Source of the DNA: a virus
Lineage: Duplodnaviria > Heunggongvirae > Uroviricota > Caudoviricetes
Strand: one strand, 5' to 3'
IMG/VR virus record: IMGVR_UViG_2534681662_000018
Length of the DNA: 33,372 bases
Made by a program: the position numbers and the translations under genes. Below the pieces are notes generated by a model that did no database searches, was not told the origin of the DNA, and was given only the letters and a program-made list of their open reading frames with translations. Of the stretch, positions 9,512 through 17,442 are shown one piece after another; the first letter of the stretch is position 1, and every line of letters begins with the position of its first letter.

Positions 9512-9584
9512 AAGTGTCTCCTGTTTCAGTTGATGTTCACAAAGGCCGCGCTAACGCGTGGCCTGTATTATGGAGATACGCAAT

Positions 9585-10134
9585 TATGCGCACATCCCTG
9601 ATTAAATTAATCCATGTCGCCCGTCGGGAGCTACAACTCGACGACGACACCTACCGTGCCTTTCTGATGCAGAACACGGGCAAAATCAGTTGCCGTGAGC
9701 TGACCGTCGCGCAACTGGAGCTGGTGCTCGATGCCATGAAAGAACGCGGTTTTAAGAAGCAGAATAAACACCCACGCCGTCGCTTTAAGGGGCATGTCAC
9801 GCCCCGCGAAAAGGTATTAAAAATCTGGCAGCAAATGACAGAAGACGGTTTTATTGCCGATGGCAGTGATACAGCACTGGATAAATACGTCGAACGACTG
9901 ACAGCCAGACGCAACGGCGGACAGGGTGTTTCCACACTGGCGTGGTGTCATGGCGACACGCTGCTGACAGTCCTCGAAACACTCAAGCAGTGGCACATCC
10001 GCTGTATTCGTGAAGCCTTTTCCCGTCACGGGCTTCCGTTGCCGGTCAGTCCGTCCGGTCGTGAACTGCGCGGCTATGATGCCATGACGGCGGCTTATGC
10101 CCATGCCAGAAAGACACGGAGGATGGCACAATGA
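9585..10134 (+). CDS. gemA: GemA, host gene-expression modulation protein (183 aa)
   Basis: ATG at 9585 preceded by GGAG; track ORF starts at GTG 9514. Assignment by position immediately upstream of mor. Confidence 0.75.
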
Positions 10135-10520
10135 CGGAAGATTTATTTGGTGATTTGCAGGATGACACCATCCTGGCACATCTTGACAATCCCGCCGAGG
10201 ATACGTCACGCTTTCCGGCACTGCTGGCGGAGCTGAACGATTTACTGCGCGGGGAATTGTCCCGGCTGGGTGTTGATCCTGCCCATTCACTGGAGATTGT
10301 TGTGGCTATCTGTAAGCATCTGGGCGGCGGTCAGGTCTACATTCCACGCGGTCAGGTTCTGGACTCGCTGATTCGGGATTTGCGTATCTGGAATGATTTT
10401 AACGGTCGCAACGTCAGCGAACTGACCACCCGTTATGGTGTCACTTTCAATACGGTATACAAAGCCATTCGCCGGATGCGACGGCTGAAATACCGCCAGT
10501 ACCAGCCCTCACTTCTGTAA
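10131..10520 (+). CDS. mor: Mor, middle operon regulator (129 aa)
   Basis: ORF 10131..10520; C-terminal region paralogous to protein C encoded at 11313 (shared FNGRN motif and HTH). Confidence 0.9.
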   Translation: MTEDLFGDLQDDTILAHLDNPAEDTSRFPALLAELNDLLRGELSRLGVDPAHSLEIVVAICKHLGGGQVYIPRGQVLDSLIRDLRIWNDFNGRNVSELTTRYGVTFNTVYKAIRRMRRLKYRQYQPSLL

Positions 10521-10597
10521 ACAGTAAAGCCGGTTAATCCGGCTTTTTTTACGTCCTCAATATCCTGTGATGAATAACCGTACCGGGGAAAATCATC
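10521..10597 (+). promoter_or_regulatory. Middle promoter Pm region (Mor-dependent), overlapping the terminator dyad
   Basis: Only intergenic region between mor and the middle-operon ORFs leading to C. Exact -10 and start site not resolved. Confidence 0.45.
10524..10550 (+). terminator. Rho-independent terminator of the early transcript (t9.2-like)
   Basis: AAAGCCGG-TTAA-TCCGGCTTTTTTT hairpin plus T-tract directly after the mor stop; about 9.26 kb from the phage left end. Confidence 0.75.
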
Positions 10598-10816
10598 ATG
10601 GGTAAAGGCTGGAATGCATCCTTTCATCTTGGCAGACGTGAGCGGCTGCGTCAGGAGGGTTTGCACCGTGTCGCCGGTGGGCCACGTCCTGCGCCCCGCG
10701 ACTATACCGGTCATGATGGCACCCACGGCAGTTATTACATGAAAGGCTGGCAGTCAGTTGATATGCCGGAAATTCTTCATCATTGCCTGCTTTACAGGGA
10801 GAAACATTATGTCTGA
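10598..10816 (+). CDS. Middle-operon hypothetical protein (72 aa)
   Basis: ORF 10598..10816, first ORF after Pm. Confidence 0.5.
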   Translation: MGKGWNASFHLGRRERLRQEGLHRVAGGPRPAPRDYTGHDGTHGSYYMKGWQSVDMPEILHHCLLYREKHYV

Positions 10817-11171
10817 GCGTTCTGCTCGTCAGTGGCCTGATTTTTTATCGGTGGTGTTACTGGCGCTGTTATTGTGGATAAGTCTGTTTTGTGGCTGGCG
10901 CGCGCTGATGTTTTGCTGTGCCTCGGTTTTCAGTGTTGCTTTATGTGTTGCCGGTGATTGTCTGGATGCGCTGATAATGAGCTGCCGGGTGCCTGAACAT
11001 TTTGCCCGGTTCGTCTGGCCGCTGACCTGGCTGGGGAGTCTGTCCGGGCTGGGATTAGCCGTGATGGCAACTTCTCAACTGAAAACGGGTCCTGAGCATG
11101 TCATCTGGGCGCTGGCCGGATTGCTGACGTTCTGGCTCTCCTTTCGTTTTCGCGCTCGTCTGTTCGGGTAA
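10809..11171 (+). CDS. Middle-operon predicted integral membrane protein (120 aa)
   Basis: ATG at 10809 preceded by AGGGAG; hydrophobic segments (VVLLALLLWISLFCGW, LGLAVMATS, ALAGLLTFWL). Confidence 0.5.
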   Translation: MSERSARQWPDFLSVVLLALLLWISLFCGWRALMFCCASVFSVALCVAGDCLDALIMSCRVPEHFARFVWPLTWLGSLSGLGLAVMATSQLKTGPEHVIWALAGLLTFWLSFRFRARLFG

Positions 11172-11180
11172 AGGGGCACC

Positions 11181-11300
11181 ATGTACAGAAAATTCAGTGA
11201 TGAATGTTTCGGGCCGTCCACGCTGATTAGTGCGATAAAAGTGATTGCCCTTGTGGTTCTGATAACCATCAGTGCCGTGGTGTATCTTTCTGTCTGTTAA
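11181..11300 (+). CDS. Candidate 39-aa hydrophobic peptide (MYRKFSDECFGPSTLISAIKVIALVVLITISAVVYLSVC)
   Basis: ATG at 11181 after AAAGGGG; one predicted transmembrane helix; below the ORF-track length cutoff; fills the gap before C. Confidence 0.35.
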   Translation: MYRKFSDECFGPSTLISAIKVIALVVLITISAVVYLSVC

Positions 11301-11312
11301 CCGGGGGAAAAT

Positions 11313-11735
11313 ATGCAGCATGATTTATTTGAACACGATCCGGCAATTCGCCAGTTAATCGGACATATTGATAACATCCCGGCCCCGGAACTGGAATCAC
11401 GCTGGCCCCGTTCGGTGGTTGATCTGATTGATGTTCTGGAAAACGAACTGAAACGCCAGAACGTCAGCAATCCCCGTGAGCTTGCCCGTAAACAGGCCGT
11501 TGCCCTGTCCTGTTTTCTGGGTGGGCGGCAGTTTTATATCCCCTGTGGCGATACTATCCTGACCGCGTTACGCGACGATTTGCTTTACTGCCAGTTCAAT
11601 GGTCGTAACATGGAAGAACTGCGTCGCCAGTACCGCCTGTCCCAGCCGCAGATCTACCAGATTATTGCCCGCCAGAGAAAGCTGCATACACGGCGTCATC
11701 AGCCTGATCTGTTCTCACCTGAAAGCCCAAAATAA
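11313..11735 (+). CDS. C: C, late transcription activator (140 aa)
   Basis: ORF 11313..11735; Mor paralogue; MQHDLFEHDPAIRQLIGHIDNIPAPELESRWPRS... Confidence 0.9.
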   Translation: MQHDLFEHDPAIRQLIGHIDNIPAPELESRWPRSVVDLIDVLENELKRQNVSNPRELARKQAVALSCFLGGRQFYIPCGDTILTALRDDLLYCQFNGRNMEELRRQYRLSQPQIYQIIARQRKLHTRRHQPDLFSPESPK

Positions 11736-11736
11736 C

Positions 11737-11762
11737 CGGCATCCTGCCGGTTATTTCCTGTC
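11737..11762 (+). terminator. Rho-independent terminator after C (end of middle transcript)
   Basis: CCGGCA-TCC-TGCCGG hairpin followed by TTATTTCC. Confidence 0.6.
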
Positions 11763-11826
11763 ACCATAATCCCGCACCTGTCACCTGATTTTTTAGACTG
11801 CCATCAGAGCATTTTTTCAGGGAAGC
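11763..11826 (+). promoter_or_regulatory. Late promoter Plys region (C-dependent)
   Basis: Contains CCCGCACCT at 11771-11779, the same 9-mer found at 19355-19363 upstream of I, at similar distance from the start codon. Confidence 0.55.
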
Positions 11827-12345
11827 ATGATGGCGGGGATACCAAAAAAACTGAAAGCCGCACTGCTGGCGGCAACGATTGCCGGTGGTGGTGTGGGTGG
11901 TTATCAGGAAATGACCCGTCAGTCTCTGATCCATCTGGAAAATATCGCTTATATGCCTTACCGCGATATTGCCGGTGTGCTTACGGTCTGTGTGGGACAT
12001 ACCGGACCGGATATCGAAATGCGCCGTTACAGCCATGCGGAGTGTATGGCTCTCCTCGACAGTGATTTAAAACCGGTTTATGCGGCAATCGATCGTCTTG
12101 TCAGGGTGCCGCTGACGCCATATCAGAAAACGGCGCTGGCAACGTTTATTTTCAACACCGGTGTTACCGCATTCAGTAAATCAACGCTGCTGAAAAAACT
12201 CAATGCCGGTGATTACGCCGGAGCGCGTGACCAGATGGCCCGCTGGGTGTTTGCCGCAGGCCATAAATGGAAAGGACTGATGAACCGTCGCGAAGTGGAA
12301 ATGGCAATCTGGAATATCAGGGGGGCGGATGACCTTCGCCAGTAA
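11827..12345 (+). CDS. lys: Endolysin with N-terminal hydrophobic signal-anchor-release-like segment (172 aa)
   Basis: ORF 11827..12345 (alternative ATG 11830); N-terminal KKLKAALLAATIAGGGVGGY followed by lysozyme-like region. Confidence 0.88.
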   Translation: MMAGIPKKLKAALLAATIAGGGVGGYQEMTRQSLIHLENIAYMPYRDIAGVLTVCVGHTGPDIEMRRYSHAECMALLDSDLKPVYAAIDRLVRVPLTPYQKTALATFIFNTGVTAFSKSTLLKKLNAGDYAGARDQMARWVFAAGHKWKGLMNRREVEMAIWNIRGADDLRQ

Positions 12346-12715
12346 AAGTTTACTGCTGGCAGCCGTGTTTACCGCCGTTCTGTCCGGGGTGTTGTGGCAC
12401 AGGCTGGACAGTACCCGCCACGATAACCAGACGCTGCGCCGTGAATTACAGACGGAGCAACAGGCCCGCCACACTGCTGAATGGTTGTTACACGGTCAGG
12501 AACAGACGATGCAGGTATTTTCCGCTATCCGTGCCGCAAATCGTGCCGCACGGCTGGCAGATGAGACAGAACATCATGATGCAAAAGAAAAAATTACAAC
12601 CGCCATTACTGGTGACAATTGCAGCACTCGTCCTGTGCCTGCCGTTGCTGCTGACAGGTTGCGGGAACTCGAAAAACGCACCCGTGCCATCGGTGGTGAT
12701 CCTGCCCGAAACTGA
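12329..12715 (+). CDS. Rz-like inner-membrane spanin (128 aa)
   Basis: N-terminal transmembrane segment SLLLAAVFTAVLSGVLW then charged helical region; overlaps lys 3' end. Confidence 0.7.
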   Translation: MTFASKSLLLAAVFTAVLSGVLWHRLDSTRHDNQTLRRELQTEQQARHTAEWLLHGQEQTMQVFSAIRAANRAARLADETEHHDAKEKITTAITGDNCSTRPVPAVAADRLRELEKRTRAIGGDPARN

Positions 12716-12917
12716 TACAGAACTGACAGAAGCAACGCCCGTTCCGCCCATGCCACAGCCCCTGACGTGGGGAGCATCCCTTCTCTGGAATGCTGACCTG
12801 TTGATGGCGCTCGGGCAGTGCAACCGCGACAAGGCATCAGTCCGGGAACAGGAGATCCGAAGGAAAGAAATTTATGAACGAAGACCAGAACCGGGCGGTG
12901 GCGCTGCTGCTCGCTGA
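12576..12917 (+). CDS. Rz1-like outer-membrane lipoprotein spanin, starting inside the Rz-like gene in another frame (about 113 aa)
   Basis: In-frame ATG at 12576 within track ORF 12441..12917; signal peptide with lipobox LLTGC; Pro-rich mature part. Start and length uncertain. Confidence 0.5.
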   Translation: MMQKKKLQPPLLVTIAALVLCLPLLLTGCGNSKNAPVPSVVILPETDTELTEATPVPPMPQPLTWGASLLWNADLLMALGQCNRDKASVREQEIRRKEIYERRPEPGGGAAAR

Positions 12918-13068
12918 ACTCTGGCAGGGGGATACCCGTGATATTCCCCGCCCGGCGGCGTATGACCCGCCTGTATTGTGTGCCGGTTGCGGTCGTGAGC
13001 TGCGGCCTGATGTGCTGAGACAGCAGCCGATGGCGAACTACTGCCACTGGTGCCGTGGAGCAGAATAA
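12874..13068 (+). CDS. Small lysis-region protein with CxxC...CxxC zinc-ribbon-like motif (64 aa)
   Basis: ORF 12874..13068; CAGCGRELRPDVLRQQPMANYCHWC. Confidence 0.5.
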   Translation: MNEDQNRAVALLLAELWQGDTRDIPRPAAYDPPVLCAGCGRELRPDVLRQQPMANYCHWCRGAE

Positions 13069-13367
13069 TGGATTTGATTTCAGTTTTAGCGTTATGGCCT
13101 TACCTGTTGCCTGTTGTGGCCGGTGGGGCCGTCTGGGCGATGCGTCGTAGTTTTGCCAGCACCGAGCGTGTGGAGCGTCTTGAAAACCGGATGACCGAAA
13201 TGGAAACCCGCTACGCCAGCATCCCTGGCACAGAAGATGTACACGAAATGCGCCTGCGAATTGCAGAGCTGTCCGGCGATATCCGGGTGCTGTCCCAGCG
13301 GGTGCAGTCATTTTCCCATCAACTGGAGCTGCTGCTTGAAAACGCAGTAAACCGGAGTAATTCATGA
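13068..13367 (+). CDS. Single-pass membrane protein of the lysis cassette, releasin-like (99 aa)
   Basis: ATG at 13068 preceded by GGAG; N-terminal transmembrane segment LISVLALWPYLLPVVAGGAVWA then coiled-coil-like region. Confidence 0.6.
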   Translation: MDLISVLALWPYLLPVVAGGAVWAMRRSFASTERVERLENRMTEMETRYASIPGTEDVHEMRLRIAELSGDIRVLSQRVQSFSHQLELLLENAVNRSNS

Positions 13368-13654
13368 TTAACGATATTCTGACCGAAGACCGTCGTCTGG
13401 TCATCCTGCGTTCCCTGATGGACTGCAATAACGAAGCCAATGAGTCCATCCTTCAGGACTGTCTGGATGCATACGGACACAATGTTTCCCGCGATGTGGT
13501 TCGCGGCCAGATTGACTGGCTGGCAGAGCAGCAACTGGTCACAGTGGAAAACCTGCGCGGCTTTTATGTCGTGACGCTGACCTCCCGTGGTCAGGATGTG
13601 GCAGAAGGCCGCGCCCGCGTTGCCGGTGTCAAGCGTCCGCGTCCCCGTGCATGA
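13364..13654 (+). CDS. Late hypothetical protein (96 aa)
   Basis: ORF 13364..13654, overlaps neighbours by 4 nt (translational coupling). Confidence 0.6.
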   Translation: MINDILTEDRRLVILRSLMDCNNEANESILQDCLDAYGHNVSRDVVRGQIDWLAEQQLVTVENLRGFYVVTLTSRGQDVAEGRARVAGVKRPRPRA

Positions 13655-13665
13655 CTGGAGGCGTG

Positions 13666-14241
13666 ATGGACAGGAAAACACGGGGCCGGGCTTCAAAAGT
13701 GGATTTACTGCCGGAAAACGTGCGTAAAACGCTGCATGAAATGCTGCGTGATAAGGCGATCCCACAGGCCCGCATTCTGGAAGAAATTAACGCACTGATT
13801 GAAGACGCTGGCCTGCCGGATGAGATGAAACTCTCCCGTTCCGGTCTGAACCGTTACGCGACGAACGTCGAGCAGGTAGGCCATAACCTGCGACAGATGC
13901 GTGAAATGACGTCAGCACTGACCGCAGAACTTGGCGACAAGCCAATGGGAGAAACCACAAAGCTGATTCTGGAAATGGCCCGCAGCCAGCTTTTTAAGGC
14001 CATGATGCGGCAAATCGAAAACCCGGAATCTGACGTGGATATTGACCTGCTGAAAAATGCCATGCTGGCGGCACAGCGTCTGGAATCCACGGCAATGTCC
14101 AGCCACCGGCGCGAGAAAGAAATCCGCCAGGCATTCGCAGAAGAAGCGGCAAACGCCGTCAGTGAAGAACTGCGCGGGCAGGATGGCATCAGCGAAGAGC
14201 TGGAGCAGCGTATCCGTGATGTGCTGCTGGGTAAGGCATGA
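13666..14241 (+). CDS. Terminase small subunit / DNA-binding packaging protein (191 aa)
   Basis: ATG at 13666 preceded by GGAGG with 5-nt spacing (track ORF from 13651); position directly upstream of the terminase large subunit. Confidence 0.7.
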   Translation: MDRKTRGRASKVDLLPENVRKTLHEMLRDKAIPQARILEEINALIEDAGLPDEMKLSRSGLNRYATNVEQVGHNLRQMREMTSALTAELGDKPMGETTKLILEMARSQLFKAMMRQIENPESDVDIDLLKNAMLAAQRLESTAMSSHRREKEIRQAFAEEAANAVSEELRGQDGISEELEQRIRDVLLGKA

Positions 14242-14248
14242 GAGGGTT

Positions 14249-15904
14249 ATGAACACCAGAGAAAACAACCTTAAAGCCCTTCATGCCCCCCGAAAAATCA
14301 ACCTGCGTGAGGAAGCCGAACTGCTCGGCGTGAATATCGTGACCGATATCGGGGAAGCACAGCCCCGCAATGAACCGGTTTTTCTGGGCTATCAGCGCCG
14401 CTGGTTTGAGGATGAAAGCCAGATTTGCATCGCTGAAAAATCCCGTCGTACCGGTCTGACATGGGCCGAAGCGGGCCGCAATGTCATGACGGCAGCAAAG
14501 CCGCGCCGCCGTGGCGGTCGCAACGTCTTTTATGTGGGTTCCCGTCAGGAAATGGCGCTGGAATATATCGCCGCCTGTGCCCTGTTTGCCCGCGCCTTTA
14601 ACCAACTGGCAAAGGCTGATGTCTGGGAGCAGACCTTCTGGGACAGCGACAAAAAAGAAGAAATCCTCACTTATATGATCCGTTTCCCTAACAGCGGATT
14701 TAAGGTGCAGGCGCTGTCAAGCCGTCCGTCTAACCTGCGTGGTTTGCAGGGGGACGTGGTGATTGATGAGGCGGCATTTCATGAAGCCCTGGACGAACTC
14801 CTGAAAGCGGCCTTTGCTCTCACCATGTGGGGTGCCCGCGTGCGGATCATATCGACACATAACGGCGTCGATAACCTGTTTAACCAGTACATTCAGGATG
14901 CGCGCGAGGGGCGCAAGGATTACAGCGTTCACCGCATCACGCTGGATGATGCCATCGCTGACGGGTTGTACCGACGTATCTGTTACGTCACGAATCAGCC
15001 GTGGTCGCCGGAAGCGGAAAAAGCCTGGCGTGATGGCCTGTACCGGAATGCGCCGAATAAAGAGAGTGCCGACGAGGAATACGGCTGCATTCCTAAAAAA
15101 TCCGGGGGCGCTTATCTGTCACGCGTGCTGATTGAAGCCGCCATGACGCCAGTGCGGGATATCCCGATTCTGCGTTTTGAAGCCCCGGACGATTTTGAAT
15201 CGCTGACACCACAAATGCGCCACGGCATCGTTCAGGACTGGTGTGAACAGGAGCTGCTCCCGTTGCTCGATGCACTGTCGCCGCTCAATAAACACGTACT
15301 GGGCGAAGACTTTGCACGCCGTGGCGACCTGACGGTGTTTGTGCCGCTTGCCATCACTCCTGACTTACGCAAACGCGAATGTTTCCGCGTGGAGCTGCGT
15401 AATGTGACCTATGACCAGCAGCGACAAATCCTTTTATTCATTCTGTCCCGTTTGCCCCGTTTTACCGGCGCTGCATTTGATGCCACCGGTAACGGCGGTT
15501 ATCTGGCAGAAGCCGCCCGTCTGATTTATGGCCCGGAGATGATCGACTGTGTGAATCTGACCGCATCCTGGTATCAGGAGTGGATGCCCAAACTGAAAGG
15601 CGAGTTTGAAGCGCAGAACATCACGATTGCCCGGCACCAGACCACACTTGATGACCTGCTCCACATCAAGGTGGACAAAGGTATTCCGCAGATTGATAAG
15701 GGGCGCACAAAAGACGAAGGCGGTAAAGGCCGACGACATGGCGACTTTGCCGTGGCGCTCTGTATGGCTGTCAGGGCGTCTTATATGAATGGTTTTGTTA
15801 TCGACGAGGACAGCATACAGGCGCTGCCACCACGCCACCGTGGTGATGGTGTTGATAACGATGATTTTGATGATTATCACCAGTTTGAACGAGGGGGCTG
15901 GTAA
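14249..15904 (+). CDS. Terminase large subunit (551 aa)
   Basis: In-frame ATG at 14249 after GAGAGGG (track ORF extends upstream to 14057); large ATPase/nuclease-sized protein, Mu-type terminase by position. Confidence 0.85.
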   Translation: MNTRENNLKALHAPRKINLREEAELLGVNIVTDIGEAQPRNEPVFLGYQRRWFEDESQICIAEKSRRTGLTWAEAGRNVMTAAKPRRRGGRNVFYVGSRQEMALEYIAACALFARAFNQLAKADVWEQTFWDSDKKEEILTYMIRFPNSGFKVQALSSRPSNLRGLQGDVVIDEAAFHEALDELLKAAFALTMWGARVRIISTHNGVDNLFNQYIQDAREGRKDYSVHRITLDDAIADGLYRRICYVTNQPWSPEAEKAWRDGLYRNAPNKESADEEYGCIPKKSGGAYLSRVLIEAAMTPVRDIPILRFEAPDDFESLTPQMRHGIVQDWCEQELLPLLDALSPLNKHVLGEDFARRGDLTVFVPLAITPDLRKRECFRVELRNVTYDQQRQILLFILSRLPRFTGAAFDATGNGGYLAEAARLIYGPEMIDCVNLTASWYQEWMPKLKGEFEAQNITIARHQTTLDDLLHIKVDKGIPQIDKGRTKDEGGKGRRHGDFAVALCMAVRASYMNGFVIDEDSIQALPPRHRGDGVDNDDFDDYHQFERGGW

Positions 15905-17442
15905 TGGGCCGTATTCTGGATATTTCCGGGCAGCCGTTTGATTTTGACGATGAAATGCAGACCCGCAGCGATGAGCTGGCAATGGTCATGAAGCGTACGC
16001 AGGAGCATCCTTCCAGTGGTGTGACGCCGAACCGGGCCGCGCAGATGCTGCGTGATGCCGAACGCGGTGATCTGACAGCACAGGCTGACCTGGCCTTTGA
16101 TATGGAAGAAAAGGACACCCACCTTTTTTCCGAACTGAGCAAACGCCGCCTTGCCATTCAGGCGCTGGAATGGCGCATCGCTCCGGCACGTGATGCCAGC
16201 GCACAGGAGAAAAAAGACGCTGACATGCTGAATGAATATCTGCATGATGCGGCGTGGTTTGAAGATGCCCTGTTTGATGCCGGTGATGCCATTCTCAAGG
16301 GCTATTCCATGCAGGAGATTGAATGGGGCTGGCTGGGGAAAATGCGCGTGCCGGTGGCGCTGCATCATCGCGATCCGGCGCTGTTCTGCGCGAACCCCGA
16401 CAATCTGAACGAATTACGCCTGCGTGATGCGTCTTATCACGGGCTGGAGCTGCAACCGTTCGGCTGGTTTATGCACCGGGCCAAATCCCGCACCGGGTAT
16501 GTCGGCACCAATGGCCTTGTGCGCACGCTTATCTGGCCTTTTATTTTTAAAAACTATTCCGTGCGTGATTTTGCAGAGTTTCTGGAAATTTACGGACTCC
16601 CCATGCGCGTCGGTAAATATCCGACCGGCTCAACGAACCGCGAGAAAGCCACGCTGATGCAGGCCGTGATGGATATCGGGCGACGTGCCGGTGGCATTAT
16701 TCCGATGGGGATGACGCTGGATTTTCAGAGCGCCGCAGATGGTCAGTCAGACCCTTTTATGGCGATGATTGGCTGGGCAGAAAAAGCGATTTCAAAAGCT
16801 ATTCTGGGCGGCACCCTGACCACAGAGGCTGGCGATAAAGGCGCGCGGTCGCTAGGTGAAGTGCATGATGAGGTTCGCCGGGAAATCCGTAACGCGGATG
16901 TGGGCCAGCTTGCCCGCAGTATTAACCGTGATCTGATTTATCCCCTGCTGGCACTGAACAGTGGCAGCACCATTGATATTAACCGCCTGCCGGGCATTGT
17001 ATTTGATACCAGTGAAGCGGGTGATATTACGGCACTGTCTGACGCCATTCCGAAACTGGCGGCGGGAATGCGTATTCCGGTCTCATGGATACAGGAAAAA
17101 CTCCATATTCCACAGCCGGTCGGTGATGAAGCCGTGTTTACTGCTCAACCGGTCGTCATGGATAACGGTCCGCAGAAAGAAGCCGCATTATCCGCTGATG
17201 ATATCCCGCAGGAGGATGATATCGACCGGATGGGCGTTTCACCGGAAGACTGGCAGCGTTCGGTTGATCCCCTGCTGAAACCCGTCATTTTTTCTGTGCT
17301 GAAAGATGGCCCGGAAGCCGCCATGAACAAAGCCGCTTCATTATATCCGCAGATGGATGATGCAGAACTTATCGACATGCTGACCCGTGCCATTTTTGTT
17401 GCCGATATATGGGGGCGTCTGGATGCCGCAGCAGACCATTGA
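15904..17442 (+). CDS. H: Portal protein (512 aa)
   Basis: ORF 15904..17442 directly after terminase with ATGA-type overlap; size and position of Mu portal. Confidence 0.85.
   Translation: MGRILDISGQPFDFDDEMQTRSDELAMVMKRTQEHPSSGVTPNRAAQMLRDAERGDLTAQADLAFDMEEKDTHLFSELSKRRLAIQALEWRIAPARDASAQEKKDADMLNEYLHDAAWFEDALFDAGDAILKGYSMQEIEWGWLGKMRVPVALHHRDPALFCANPDNLNELRLRDASYHGLELQPFGWFMHRAKSRTGYVGTNGLVRTLIWPFIFKNYSVRDFAEFLEIYGLPMRVGKYPTGSTNREKATLMQAVMDIGRRAGGIIPMGMTLDFQSAADGQSDPFMAMIGWAEKAISKAILGGTLTTEAGDKGARSLGEVHDEVRREIRNADVGQLARSINRDLIYPLLALNSGSTIDINRLPGIVFDTSEAGDITALSDAIPKLAAGMRIPVSWIQEKLHIPQPVGDEAVFTAQPVVMDNGPQKEAALSADDIPQEDDIDRMGVSPEDWQRSVDPLLKPVIFSVLKDGPEAAMNKAASLYPQMDDAELIDMLTRAIFVADIWGRLDAAADH

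Noticed and set aside
9514-9584. Longer GemA starting at GTG 9514 (206 aa) as given by the ORF track
   Set aside because: The ATG at 9585 has a properly spaced GGAG and gives the expected size; the extension would run through the AT-rich gap that carries the antisense ORF start signals. Not fully excluded.
12574-13449. 291-aa minus-strand ORF across the lysis cassette
   Set aside because: Antisense to several coupled plus-strand genes with clear RBSs; Arg/Ser/Pro-rich translation typical of the wrong frame of GC-rich DNA.
14057-14248. N-terminal extension of the terminase large subunit (track ORF starts at 14057)
   Set aside because: The extension overlaps the whole 3' third of the small-subunit gene in another frame and has no RBS; the ATG at 14249 with GAGAGGG upstream gives a conventional start.
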